A stretch of DNA of 64,000 nt from Felis catus (Eukaryota): positions 190,280,001 to 190,344,000 of the forward strand of contig NC_058368.1 of the NCBI RefSeq assembly GCF_018350175.1, read 5' to 3'. Under the pieces are notes generated by a model, which was given only the letters and a program-made list of their open reading frames with translations, was not told the DNA's origin and searched no databases. Position 1 is the stretch's first letter, and every line of letters begins with the position of its first letter. The translations under genes were made by a program, and so were the position numbers. This document shows positions 26,891-39,986 of this stretch, in pieces.

Positions 26891-29800
26891 TTCATGAATT
26901 TTTTTAAAAGTTAGTCTATATTTTGCAGAAGATGACCTGAAAAAGTGGCTACTAATAAAGAGAGCTGAAGTCCAACGGGCACAAAGGCAAGGGGGAAAGA
27001 GTTCATCCACCAGCAGTTCTGTTTTGTGCATTAATATTAATTTGCAACACAGATGAAAGCAAAGTGAACAGCAGTAACCTAATGTCATTGAGATTTATAA
27101 AGAATTAGAATAACTTTCTCTGGAGTTCAGAGAAATTTGGAGGTCAGACAGCTTGTGGTTGCAGGTTCACGTGCCCCTGAGTCACAGCTTTCTAGGTAGA
27201 GCAGGGGGTCTGAGAGGATCTCTTTTGCCTGTCTCTTCTATGTTCACCTTTCCAAGTGCTCTGGTCTTTGTGGATGCACCTGTGCCTCTAAATGTCCAGG
27301 GGGATTATTACATTTCACTCTCTGAACAGACTAAGTGTCTACTATTTTAAAGCAAAGAATCATGAATGGTGACTCATGTTGCTATTCCGTGGATTCTGTG
27401 TTTCCAATCTTCCATTTGCAACACACCTGCGCGCTCTCCACCATTGTGTAGTTCCACCAACTGGTACCATGGACTTAATGTTATTATTTAAATGGATTGA
27501 TTTTTCACCTCAACAAATTTACTCTAAAGGGAAGTTTTAAATCACCACCATATGTTTAAAAATACTTTTTTTCTGAAGTAAATTATAATAAACATACATA
27601 TATAAGTATTAAATTAAAAAATGTCAGAACCAGATCTGTCCATGTACCATCTAGAGTGCACCTAGTGGTACCCCACTTTGGGAAACACTTAATTGGGTCA
27701 CTATACATGAAATTGGCCATAGCATGGACTGCAAAAGTGGCTACATTTGGTATTAGTGCCCTCGATCTCACTTTCTGGGCCCTTGGTCCTGGCTTATAGC
27801 CCTGTTTGGTGGTCTTTTTCCTGTATTGTCACTCTGGGTATAACATTCCCAGGATGTTATTCTCAGAAAGTGCCCAATGAGGGGTACTTATGAATGGCTA
27901 GTCCAGTAAACTAAACAGAGCTGAGGTTCATACAGCATCTTTCCTTGGCAAAGGTCACCCCAGGAGCAGAGCCTCAGGTTTATAAGGTCAGAAACTCATT
28001 TTTGTCAGCTCACAGAGTCCGGTGGACAGGAACACACTCTGCAAAATCACAAGTGACTGGCAAATTCGCAACCTTGCAGTGAGAAACAGACTGGCCAAGA
28101 TGCTTGTATCAGTTTTGCAGAGAATTCTTGGAGATACTACTAGGGAAACCAAAATGATATCAGAAAAGCATATGTTAGTGGGATCAAAGTGTAGGGAATT
28201 ACCAAAGCCCAAGGCAAGATGCTGTTTTTAACACTTACTACCACTACTGTGACCCTGGGAAAATTTCTGAACTTCTCCATGTCTCAATTGCTTCCTCTCT
28301 AAAACAGAATATTACTTTTAGCTTCTGCAGAGAACTGTGAGGGTTACATGAGAAAATTCATAGGAATGCGTTCAGTCTTCTTGCAGTGATGCTAGTTATT
28401 GTTGTCAATGATATTGTTGTGCTGTCATTCAGGTAAACTTGGGGGGCCCTGCTCCAGACCTCTATTATACAGTGTTGTTCATTGAAACTCACCAATGAAC
28501 CCTTGGCCCAACTCTCTCTTCTCAGCCACCATGGCTGCTAAGACTCCTCAAACCCAAACAAGCTTAGATCTGAAAATACATTTAATCTAACTTTTAATGT
28601 TTGTCCCAGATGTGTGGCCTAGGAAAAGATACTTAGCTACTCTAAGCCTCTCCTTTCTCATCAACAAAATGGGGATCTTTTGAAAAGTAGGAAGCTTTTT
28701 GGCCCTTGTTAAATCCTGCTACATGTATGGTGGGTTCATGTACATATATATGACTGACTTTATATCAAATCATTTGATCCATGTATAGTATAAAATATTA
28801 TGTATCTTCCCCCTTTCTCACCGTAACATTCAAAGTCTATAAAAATAGTGCACTTGAAAAATCACCACAACAATGGGATTCTTTGGTTTTCCTAAGTTTC
28901 TTGTTAGAAACACAGTCTTCCCTAATGGTTCTGGTAACTTCTGGTGGCTGCGTGCATTGCTTCAGTCTCTGTAAGATGATGTAGCAACAAATGATAGAGG
29001 CCATAAAATCAACTTATTTTATGACAAATGCAGTATTCTATCCTAAGGACCTGATTTTTAAAAGGAGACAGGTTTATGTTAGGTATATTAGCATTTTTCA
29101 GTGTTCTGACTGAAACACGTTCATACCCAGAAACAACCTGAATGTCAAAGAATAGATGACAAAGAATTGATGACAAGTTCATCATTTTTTTCAAGTATGT
29201 AGAACAGATAAGTATCTCTCTGAAGTGAACTAATTCAATCATGAAAAAAATCATATGTATGAAAAAATGATTACTTTGGGACCATGTAGATAAGTAGAAA
29301 TGTATCTATAAAAGAACAAATGAAAAAAGTAGAATATAAAATTGTCATGCATTATGATTAGAACTACATGAAATTTATGTCTACGTAAGAGCACAGGTCA
29401 TTCTCACAGAGACTGTAAATTGATGCCTTTAGACAAAAGAGTTACAGAGAATACTTCTGCATAACTATTTCATTAATTTTTTAAAATAGTGTGAGTATAT
29501 GAACATTTGCTGCTCTGTCTCTTGTGATTAATCAAAGTGGGTTCAACCTGATTCTAATAGGTTTTTGGTCTTTGCTGCTAATGGCTGCCTGAGCTCCAGG
29601 TTGGCCCTGAGCACCTTTCCACCAAGACATGCAGGAGGAGGATTCCAGACAAAGTATCCCCAGAAGATGGAGGTTATAGGATGTCAGCAAGAACCCCTCT
29701 CTTGAACTCAGTATGTTCACTTCTCTGTTCCGTACACAGGCCAAGCCTTTTCCTACTTCACAGTCTTCACACTGGCCGTGCCCTCTGCCCGAAATGCTTT

Positions 29801-32800
29801 TCTTCATTTCTTCAGGTCACTAGATCTTTCTCATCCGTCAGGCCCTAGCCTGGCTATAAATTCCTTCTCTGGCTACCCTTCTTCCCAACTCAGCGCCAGC
29901 TCCTGCTTAGTCTTTCCACAGAACCTACCACCGTCTGTATCTGCCCCATATATTTATGTACTTGTGGTTGTCTGCCTTCTCTACTAGCTAAGCTTGTGAG
30001 GGCAGACACCTTTCCTCTGTTATTTATCACCATATTCCTGGCATGTAGCCTGAAGCATGGCACATAGTAGATGTCAAGACATGCTTGCCGAACAAATGAC
30101 AGAAACTTTACATACCAAAGAAGAAACATTTCCTTGATACAGTGTTAGGTTTAAAATAATGGGATGCTGCTGAAAGTGGCTTCTCTAATGTTATTTCTTT
30201 GATTATCAAACACAACTATATCTAGCACCACAGTATTAGTCGAAAGGTGTGCTCTGTGATTTGGTTCTCCATACTGCCACTGCCTTGAGACTACTATGTA
30301 TGTGTATATTTTCTACTTATTGTTACTATTTTTTTAATTAGAATTTCTGTTATGGTAAAATAATGATGATGATGATAATAATAATAAAACTTTAGCACAA
30401 ATATATGTAGTTGGGGGGAAAGTCCTATATTTCAATTTTTATAACAAGTAGGTGTAATTTCTATGACTTTGTAAATATTAAAATAGGAAAATGTAGGAAA
30501 GAGCTTGCTTATGAATACCTTAACATTAATCAGAATTATATGACAAACGAGACTTTAGATCAGGTTCTTATTTAATTAAAATCCTGACAAATTTACTGAA
30601 ATTTCAAGGAACTGAGCAGACATCGGTTCTAAAAAGGGAATTTTAGATACATGGAAAGCCATTTCAGAGCTTCTGTTTCTGTCCCTGGATCACTTTAAGT
30701 GAAGCCCCATAGTATCATGAAGTCAAACCCAGACGGACCTCTGGATGAAAATTGGGTCCTGGAAGATTTATTTTCTTCAGTAGGCCTAATAACTTATGAA
30801 GTGGAATAACTTATTACTAGTTGGGTAAGAAAATGGAGAGATAAGGATTTACCTATTTGACCTATGAAAACTTGAGAAGAGCTTTAAAACAGTTTTCTGT
30901 GGGGCCCATTTCTGAGTTTGTTATGAAGATGTCTTGTTTTACATGGACCTCATAGTTCGAGAAACCGAGCTCCTGTGTTTTACAGTTAACCTTTCTCCCA
31001 GACTGAGTCAAAAACCGAGCCCTTACATTTATAGTGTTGCTCTGTGGCCTATTTTTACTGAAATGCTGGTTGATGGATGCACCAGCCCCTGAGCAGTAGG
31101 AATCAAATTTAATTTTAATGTGGGAGTATTTGCCTCCAAAATAGAAACTCTCCATCCACTAGCTTTCTCTATAAAACATCAACATCACATCATAAAGGCA
31201 AAAATCAGTTCACAAAGAAAATACATTAAGGTAGACATTGAAACCGCACGTTTTTGGCCTTGAGTGGCCTGAATTGCAAAATACTTTGCCTTGGATCCTT
31301 ACTTCTCTTTGCCTAGCTAGACAAGGCCCACATTTTTAGCTCCCAGATGCTCTTTGGAATTCAATTTGAGGTTTGTGATCTTTGTTCATTTATTGGGTAT
31401 TTATCGACCACGTACTATGCACCCTGCACCGTTCTAGGTATTGGAGATGCAGTGATGAGCAGGGTCCTCCTGCTCTCATCCCAGGGGCTGCACAGACAGA
31501 AAACAAACAGGGAAGCACATCAGTAAACCCAATAGGTACATGCAGATACTGATATATTGAAGTATCTGTGTGCTAAAGAAATGAAAAGAAAGGAGAAGAA
31601 AAGGAAAGAAACGGGATCCTGGGAAAATATTTAAAGAGATGGAAACAATAAAGAATCAGTCCTGCAAACACCTGAGGTGTTCCTGGCAGTGGGAACAGCT
31701 AATGCAAAGACCCTGCATTTGTAGGCTCTGAGAGCAAGCACCCCGTAAGTGTATCCCTCAGTTGCCTCCCCCTAGTCCTGGCCTGTCCAAACTCCCTAGA
31801 GTGAGCATGAGCTTGGAGTGCTCAAGGTTCAGGAAGAAGGCAGATGTGGTAGCAGCCTGGTGAGTAACGGGAATGTGGTGCGAAATGAAATAGGAAATGC
31901 AGATAAGGACCCCCGGATGAAGAGTCTTGTAGGCCATAGCTGAGAATTTCCTTAAATACTCTAAACAGCCATGGCAGGCTTAAAAGTAGAGAGTAAGATC
32001 TGATTTATCATTTATTGTAAGATGATTTTAAAAGTTCATTCTAGGTGTTGCATGGATAATAAACTGTATGGAGCCTTGAGTGTCAGTGAAAACCCAGCCA
32101 GAAGGCAACAGGATCATGTAGGAATGAGGTGGAAAGAGACTGTGGCTGATGCAAGTCTCAAGCAAAAAAGCTCAGGTAGCTTTAAGAGTATTATTGACAA
32201 AGAATTTAACTGTAGAAGAGAAGCAGGGAAAGAAGGAAGAAAAAAGAGAACAGAGTAGTGGGGTGGGGGTGGAGGGCTGGCCCACCTGCTGGTTCCTGCA
32301 GGTGCCTCTCTGACCCACCTCTTAAAATTCCAACCTCCTGAATCCTCCTCTTCCTCTTTTAAGGCTGGGACACGAATTTCTAACTCCGGGGAGTCTTATT
32401 TGCTGACTCTTACACCCAGAACTCTTCCTTTTGAGGTCCTATGTAACTGGCTTTGTTCTCTACTCTTGGAATTGAGCCTTGTTCTATCAGGAGTTCATTT
32501 GTGAAACTCTAACCTCTCCAAAGGTATGTCTATCCCTCATGTCCTTGCTCTTTCCCTCCTTTTCTTCCTTCCACAAATAATGCATGAGTGAGTAGTATGT
32601 GCCAGGCGCTGTTATAAACACTGATGATGCCATCTTTACCAAATTGGGTGCTGGCTCTCATAAAGCTTATAATCTAATGGAGGGTGGGCTGGGGGAGTGA
32701 CATTAGCACAGCAATCACTTTAATAAGTGGGTAATTACGAGTCTGGGATGTGCTCCAAAGAGAGGGTAGGCATTGCTAAGGCAGAGCATAACAGGAGTAG

Positions 32801-33276
32801 ATGGCCTAGTCTGGAGAAATCAAGGAAGGCTTCCCGGGGCAAGCGACATTCAAAATGAGGGACTTAAAGTCAAAGCAAATCCTATGTAGCTGGATCCCAG
32901 AGAGATGGGAGAAAAAGGGACATGAACTGAGAGGGAAGACGGCATGTGACAGACTCTGGTGTCCACTCTAGATCTAAGGGGAGAACCTCTGCAGGGACAT
33001 GTCAGGGTTGTCAGGAAGAGATCACAGTCACCATGTGTCACGCTGGCGGCTGTGTGGGGAATAGGTTGGGGGGGGGTGACTGGGGCAGAGTGGGTGCAGG
33101 GAGACCATTAGGAGGTGGTAGCAGTCCCAGGTGAGAGCTGCTGGTGGCTTTCCCAAGGAAAGTGACCATAGAAAATGGGGAGAAGTAGACAGCAATATTA
33201 GTTCCTATTATTATTAGAATAATGGTAACCTCCCTCTCATTAAAAGGAAGCAAGATCCAGAAGGAATGTTTAATCA

Positions 33277-33506
33277 TTTTTACAAAAAAAATTTTTTTTT
33301 AAATGTTTCTTTATTATTGAGAGACAGAGAGATGCAGAGCATGAGCAGGGGAGGGGCCGAGAGATGGAGAAACGCAGAATCTGAAGCAGGCCCTGGGCTC
33401 TGAGCTGTCAGCGCAGAGCCTGACGCGGGGCTTGAACTCACAAACTGCGAGATCATGATCTGAGCCGAAGTCAGATGCTTCACTGACTGAGCCACCCAAG
33501 TGCCCC
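33277..33506 (-). mobile_element. CAN-SINE (SINEC_Fc2-like)
   Basis: Perfect 14-bp TSD aggaatgtttaatc at 33262-33275 and 33507-33520. Confidence 0.95.
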
Positions 33507-34309
33507 AGGAATGTTTAATCGTTACAAAAAATGTAGAGTCACACAGCCTTAGGCAACTTACACAAAGCTACATAGCTTTTAAGTGAGGAGCTGGTCTTTG
33601 ACCCAGATGTGTCTGACACCAGACGCTGTGTTTTTGATTGCTGTGCAAGGAAAAGCAAGGAAAGGGGGACCATCTCCTGACCTGTCATCTTTAATTCAAG
33701 AAGGATGCATGCTCCAAGAGTTGTTTCTGCTGCTAGATTCGACTGCAGGCTAACGGGGAGAGCCCATGTGAAGTGGAGACCCATAACCAGACCCTGAGTA
33801 GAATGGTGGTCTTGACTGTCCCACATACAGGTAATGGCTCCCACACTATGGTGAAAAGAACACGCTTGATCCCTAAGGTGCAGAGACATTAAAACCGGGA
33901 AACCTTTCCAGTTCTCCTGAGGGTCCTTCAGAAGATCATTAGTACCGAGCTTATGACATGCCTTCCTTATGAAATACTCAACATCGCCTGGAGGCATTGG
34001 GGCCCTCACTTTACAAATAGCAAACAGAGGCTTAAAAAGGTTTAAAGACCTTGCCTGAGACCCCACATCCAGAAAGTGATAAAGCCAGAAGTTGAATCCA
34101 GCTCTACTTAGCTATACTGGCCTCACCAATCAGTGATGCTTGTGTCTGTCTGTGCTGTCCCTTCCATGCCATGCTCACTTGAACTACCCAAGGCCCTCCC
34201 TCCATTTCTCTTTTGCCCCTGGAAATAATCTAATTTCAGTCATGTGCAAACTAAGCATGTGGCTTGGTTGGTGACTCCCTCTCCGGAGACTATTTGTATT
34301 CAAAGCTGT

Positions 34310-34500
34310 CATTGGTATGTTGGAGTTGGCTTGCTGTGGGCCATGAGGGCTGATTGCTAAATCTGGAGGAATTTTGTGAGCCAGTAGACCTCACACCAGT
34401 AGTTTGAAATTGGCTGTGATGGGAGTATTTACACCAGAGAAATCAGCAAACACTATGGATTAGAGCTGCCTGATGCTCTCCACTGCCACTACCACTGTAG
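34310..34500. mobile_element. MER63-like hAT element
   Basis: gggagtatttacaccagagaaatcagcaaa motif; family name from memory. Confidence 0.5.
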
Positions 34501-35249
34501 GCTAGTTCAACATTTATCAGCACACTGGGGGCCCTAATCTCATTGTCCTCTGTTAATGAATGCCAGGCATCAGGGACCACTTTGCAACGAATTTGGCAGG
34601 CACAGGGTGGTGTCTGAAAGCATGCCTGCCAGCGACCCACCACCTGCCAACGTTACGCTTCTTTCTGGGCCACTGCTCCAGCAGGCTGAGGCGCTTCCCG
34701 GCTCCCCTGAAAACACTCACACGTTTCAACACTAGACACCAGAGCGAAATCGGTGTCAAAATAACAGGCTCAATCAGGATGGATATTTAGACATGGATAT
34801 TTAAAATTAGAAAATGGATATTTTAAAGTTAGAAAAAAAACCATACTTAATTTGCAAAATTATGGAATGTTTTTCTGAGTAGGTAGAAGGATTACTTTCT
34901 GTATGATGTCATAAGTCCACGGTATTTTAAGACAGGGCAAGAAACATAATTTTCCAAATGAGAAAAGAGAAAAAGAAGCTGTGACCTCGAGAGGGGCAAG
35001 GGCTGCCTCAGCATCACACATTTCGTAATGCATGAATGTATGTCTCTCTCCACAGGCTTGTATTTAGTCACAGAAGAGAAGGAATCCAGGAACCTGATGT
35101 TAGCTTGACTTTGAACGTTTTCCTTCATTTGAAAATGAATATGTTACGCCACCCTGCTAGCTCCTTCCGAGATGTGATGATGATACAAAAAAAGGCTAAT
35201 TTTTACTAGGCGTTTACTAGGTGACAGAACTTATGCTAAGTACTTTACG

Positions 35250-35333
35250 TATTAAGTTGAACTATTTGAAATCGCCACTGTCTGGCCTGTCTTGATCCAC
35301 TGAGTGGTAATTTCAAATAGTTCAGTCTAAATA
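35250..35333. mobile_element. MADE2-like mariner MITE (about 80-bp hairpin) within a MIR
   Basis: tattaagttgaactatttgaaat ... atttcaaatagttcagtctaa inverted arms with a short spacer. Confidence 0.75.
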
Positions 35334-35420
35334 CATTCTCTCTGTTAGTTTTTACCACATTCTCATGACATGGGTACTGTTAACATACCTGCTTTACAGA
35401 TGGTAAGACTGAGGCTTTAA

Positions 35421-35450
35421 TTTTTTTTAATATTTATTTATTTTTGAAAA

Positions 35451-35529
<79 letters not shown>

Positions 35530-35620
35530 CCTAAGCAGGCTCCACTCACCAACTGTGAGGTCAATGACCTGAGTCGAAATCAAGAGTCAAACTCTTAACT
35601 GACTGACCCAACCAGGTGCC
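35421..35620 (-). mobile_element. CAN-SINE with about 70-bp (GA)n and an internal deletion
   Basis: SINE head at 35620; TSD gaggctttaa. Confidence 0.88.
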
Positions 35621-37034
35621 TGGAGGCTTTAAAATTTTTTTAAAAAAGGTTTCTTCCCACAAGTGTAATGCTCTTGTTATTTATAGGTGATACATAGTGC
35701 ATGCTTGTGTGCAAGTCGTTTATGTATTTCTCTATGCGTTCTGATTGATTATTGATTGATATCAGTAAGATATCAATGCTGAAGAAGAGCATGTCTGAAT
35801 CTCTAAGAAGTGATATGATAGTATTTCGCCTGCAACACCCATAGGCTCCATACCCAGGCCTCCTTCAGGGCTCCATTTCATGGAACACTTCAAAGCCTGG
35901 CTCTCAAAAAGTCTCAAACTCATGCTTATCCTATTAAGTCAGATCCTAACAACGCATGGGGATGCCTTTGTCCCTAACCATAAAGCACCTAATGTTATTT
36001 CCCCTTCAGTAAAATATAGGTGAAAACCCTGCCTTACCTCCCTAATGATAGAAAAACTAATACAATGATTTAGTACAATGTCACACACCTACTTTGAAAA
36101 TGTACTGCAAAGGGCTAAACAGGGGCTCAAATTTTTCAAGAAAGGAGGTAGTACTTCCAGACCTTTCATTTTGTAAAGGAAGAATCTGACACAAAAGGTA
36201 GAGACGTTTACCCAGGCTCCATCACCTAGAGAAACGTAGAGTCTGGTCTCCTTTCTCCTCATGCAGTGTTTTTTGTACCCAACTATATTGTTATGATTAT
36301 TCATGTTGATGTTATTATCACTGCTGTTGTAGAAAGAATATAAGACTATCTCTAGATATACAAAAAGACTGACCTAGATAAGCAACTGTAATCTTCTGGG
36401 TAAGAACCACTGGTTTGTATTTCATAACACCATGGTAACCCTGGTAAATTTTCCAAGGGGTATAGAGGTTTACTTTTGGGCCTTGCAAGTTTTAGATAAT
36501 TAGGTGCCTAGGGAATATTATTTCAAGATATTAAGTGAATACTGACCATTGGGACATATAGAAGTAAATTCATGAAAATGTTGACACTGAACTATCACTT
36601 AAAGTATCAGTTTCCTCCATTATAAATTAAGATAACTGGGCTAGATCATCCCTTAGGTCCCATTGAATGCTAATATGTTATTCATCTAAGATCCATAAAC
36701 TCTAGTGTCTTTCCGATGAAGTTCAAATTCTATCCAATCATAGCATTTGCCACATAAATTATTATAATTTTAAAATTAAACTTGCAGGAAAAAAACCATT
36801 AATAAATATTAAACTTACTCTTTTGCAGATTTTAGAACTAAAATCACCTAATATAACAACCCCACCTCTGGACTTTTCTCCACATTCTCTTCGGATTACT
36901 CTTATTGTACTTTTTAGGCGGTCGTAACCAGCATGTCTGTGTCCCCTTATTTTATTCTAGGTATATCTTCGTGATTCAGCCTAGTCTAAATAAAAAATAC
37001 TGTTTAGAAAAAGAAGACACAAGTGTTCACATAC

Positions 37035-37172
37035 CCCATGACGGTTCTCAAAGTACGCCAGGCTGGTTTTGGTTAAAACAAAGAAGCGGACTTTAAAGTT
37101 GGAGGGAGAAGTTCTTCTCTTTTGTTGCGATTTCTTGATGAGCTGTTCTTCTAGGAGGATAAAGTTGTTCAT
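37035..37172 (-). CDS. ITK: ITK coding exon 1 (138 nt, N-terminal PH domain)
   Basis: Translates to [46 protein letters not shown], the ITK N-terminus including the PIP3-binding R29; ATG at 37172-37170; donor GGG|gtatgt at 37034. Confidence 0.98.
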
Positions 37173-37400
37173 GATCCAGTTCTTGAGAAGTGATGCACCT
37201 TGGGCATCACCCTGTAGCACAGCCAAAGGACACAGCTTCAGGGCAAGGAATGCACTGGGGAGGTAGTTGACTTTCAGAGAGCTGTTAAAAGGCCTCTTGC
37301 CTCCGATGTTATCTTTCTATCAGTGTTCAGTCAACAATGTGGAGCTTCTCCTCTGATGTCACAGGCCATAACCACATCCTTTCGAAATTCACAAAACTAA
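37173..37400 (-). promoter_or_regulatory. ITK: ITK 5' UTR and proximal promoter (ETS:RUNX composite, CRE-like and GATA sites)
   Basis: Minus strand reads AGGATGTGGTT (37380-37370), TGACATCA (37361-37354), TGATAG (37322-37317) and AGATAA (37314-37309), directly upstream of the ATG. The TSS cannot be determined from sequence alone. Confidence 0.7.
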
Positions 37401-37591
37401 GAGGCATATGTAAAAACTACACATACCCTTTGCTGTATGGTTTGGAAATGATATTTGAAGATTCTGAGAGTCAAAATGTTAGGAAGCATTAGAGTTCAAT
37501 CTTTATAGTTCCTGGTTTAGGCGATCTAACAATTAAGCCATGTTGCACATGGGGTAGACACATGGGCTCTGGAGCCAATGGGCATAGTTTG

Positions 37592-38074
37592 TGTTTAGTT
37601 TCCTGTTGCTGCTGTAACAAATCATCACAAATTTAGTGGCTCACAAATTTATTATCTTACATTTCTGTAGTTCAAAAGTCTAAAATGAGCTTTATCAAGC
37701 TAAGATAAGGACTTCAGCAGGCTTGTGATCCTTTCTGGAGGATCCCTAAGGGCAGAATCTGTTACCTTGTCCTTTCAGCTTCTAGAACCACCCGCATTCC
37801 TCCACCTACAGGGCTAACAACAGCGGGTCAAATTCTCTCATCTTCTACAACGTAAGTTCTTCTTCTGTCTCCCTCTTCCAAATTTAAGAACTTTGAGATT
37901 ACCCTGGGCCTGCCTAGATAACCTAAAATAATCGCCTTATTTTAAGGTTAGTTTATTAGCAACTTTAATTACATCTTCTACCTTAATTTCCCTTTGTCAT
38001 GTAACCTACACATTCATAGGTTCCAGGGATTAGGCTTTGCTGTCTTTAGGGGATCCATTATTCTACCTACCACA
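37592..38074 (-). mobile_element. MaLR solo LTR (MLT1C/D-like) inserted in a MIR
   Basis: tgtttagtttcctgttgctgctgtaacaaat...attattctacctaccaca; TG...CA ends and a 5-bp TSD gtttg (37587-37591, 38075-38079). Confidence 0.85.
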
Positions 38075-38633
38075 GTTTGAATTCTGGCTCCAGTACCTAA
38101 CTAGCTGTGAGACTCTAGGCATATTACTCAAGAGATCTGAGCCTCAGTTTTCAGCTGTGAAAAACTGGGGTAGCAGTGCCCCTACACAAGGCACTGCAGG
38201 GCTGCTCTCTGGCTTCCCTCCAGGCTCGTCTCCCAGCTGGCTCACATGTTCTCACTCCAGCCTTCACAAATTCTCCTTATACCACTTTGCACATCTCGTT
38301 TTGCCTGACAACATCTCCTCTCCCCTGCTTTGCCTGCTTTAACTCTAAATTACACTGTAAGTCTTATTCTGCGTGTCACTTCCTCAGGAAAGCCTTCCTG
38401 GCTTTCCAAAGTCAAATGTACCAATTATACGCAGATGATACCTTATACCTTTCTCTTTATACCCATTATGACAGTTGTCGTTTTGCATTTTGGAGGGTGA
38501 CTTTTGGATTGATGATTGTCTTCCCCAGTAGTCTAGAAGGTCCATGATGGTAAGGACTATGTGTGGTTTTTGGTCGGTGTTATATACTCAGCAACCATCA
38601 CAGTGCCTTGTGTGTAGAAAGAATGTTTTAAAA

Positions 38634-38846
38634 GAGGCACCTGGGTGGCTTAGTCGGTTAAGCCTCCGACTTTGGCTCAGGTCACGGTCTCACGGTTCAT
38701 GGGCTCGAGCCCCGCATCGGACTCCGTGCTGACAGCTCGGGGCCTGGACCCTGCTTCTGATTCTGTGTCTCCTCCTCTCTCTGCTCCTCCCCTGCTTTCT
38801 CTCTCTCTCTCAAAAATAAGTAAACATTAAAAATTAAAAAAAAAAA
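38634..38846 (+). mobile_element. CAN-SINE
   Basis: Head, CT-rich segment and A-tail; aaagaat(g/t)tttt TSD. Confidence 0.92.
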
Positions 38847-39599
38847 GAATTTTTTTTTAAATGTGTTGAATGAATAATCACCAAACTGGGTTAGACAGTT
38901 AAAAGAGACAAGGACCATAAAACACTTAAGAGAAATATATTGAAGTATGAATGGCGTAATAAACAAAGCATGTTTGGGCTTTGAGACAAAGAAACTTGTG
39001 TTGGAATGCTGCCTCTGTCATTTACTAAGCTGTATCTCTTTGAGTAAGCCACTTACCCTCTCTGATCCTCAGTCTCCTTGTAGGGTCCTTTTGAGAACTG
39101 AATCCCATAAACTCTGAGTGGTGGATGCTAGTCGTGTATCTTGCCTTAGAAACAGTACATGGTTAAAGTAAAATAAAGTAAAAGTCTTACTTCTGGCATG
39201 AAGTAAATAACCACAAAATCTCAGAGGAAGCAGAGATGGCATATACTGGGCGGGGATGAATAATGAAACAAAATAATCATTATTACTGTATAGGAGTGTA
39301 ATCATCTAAAATTTTCTGTTTTGTACATAAATAAGCAGACCACAGCTTAATTTTGTTTCATATACTGGATGCCCTGGCATAGTCAAGACACTCAAGAAGG
39401 TGGGAAAAGTGGATACTTTAAATGATTCCCACTCCTACATTCTGAGGCTTTAAGATATGCGTGGAGATACACTGCCCAAACGATGTAGTTTTTTCTTTCT
39501 GGGCTTGAGGCAAGGAGCGTTGTTTTCTCCAAATATCTCTTCTCCCCTTTTTTCTGGGTAACTGACCTCCTGAAGGTTATCTGGGGCATATGGCTAGCC

Positions 39600-39986
39600 A
39601 GAATAAAGACTCCATTTTTCAGTCACATGACTATTTTTTAACCAATGGAACATAGCAGATGTGATGAGCATCTCTTACTTCCAGGAGATGTCCTTAATAG
39701 CAGTCATCATACTCTTCTCCTTCTCTTTTTTCCCTTCCTACTGGCTAGAATGTGGATATGATGGTTGGAGCTGGAGCAGCTATTTTATATCATGAGGTGA
39801 AAATTGCATGTTGAGGACAATGGAATGCAAGATAGAAAAAGCTGTAGGTCCTGATGACCTTGGACTCTCCATGCCAGCCTGGCATCACCTTTTTCTTTTT
39901 TAACATAAAGAGAAATAAAATTACATTTTCTAAGCCTCTGTTATTTTGAAGTTCTATCATAAACACCAAACCTAGTCTTAACATAC
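39600..39986 (+). mobile_element. Old MLT1 LTR fragment
   Basis: gatggttggagctggagcagctatttt...gagaaataaa...taagcctctgttatttt. Confidence 0.55.

Noticed and set aside
33539..34066. 175-aa minus-strand ORF in ITK intron 1
   Set aside because: Non-ATG start within MIR-like sequence, no recognisable domain or splice support; consistent with a chance ORF.
37173..37226. 18-aa N-terminal extension of ITK shown in the ORF track
   Set aside because: Begins at TTG in the 5' UTR; the canonical start is MNNF at 37172.
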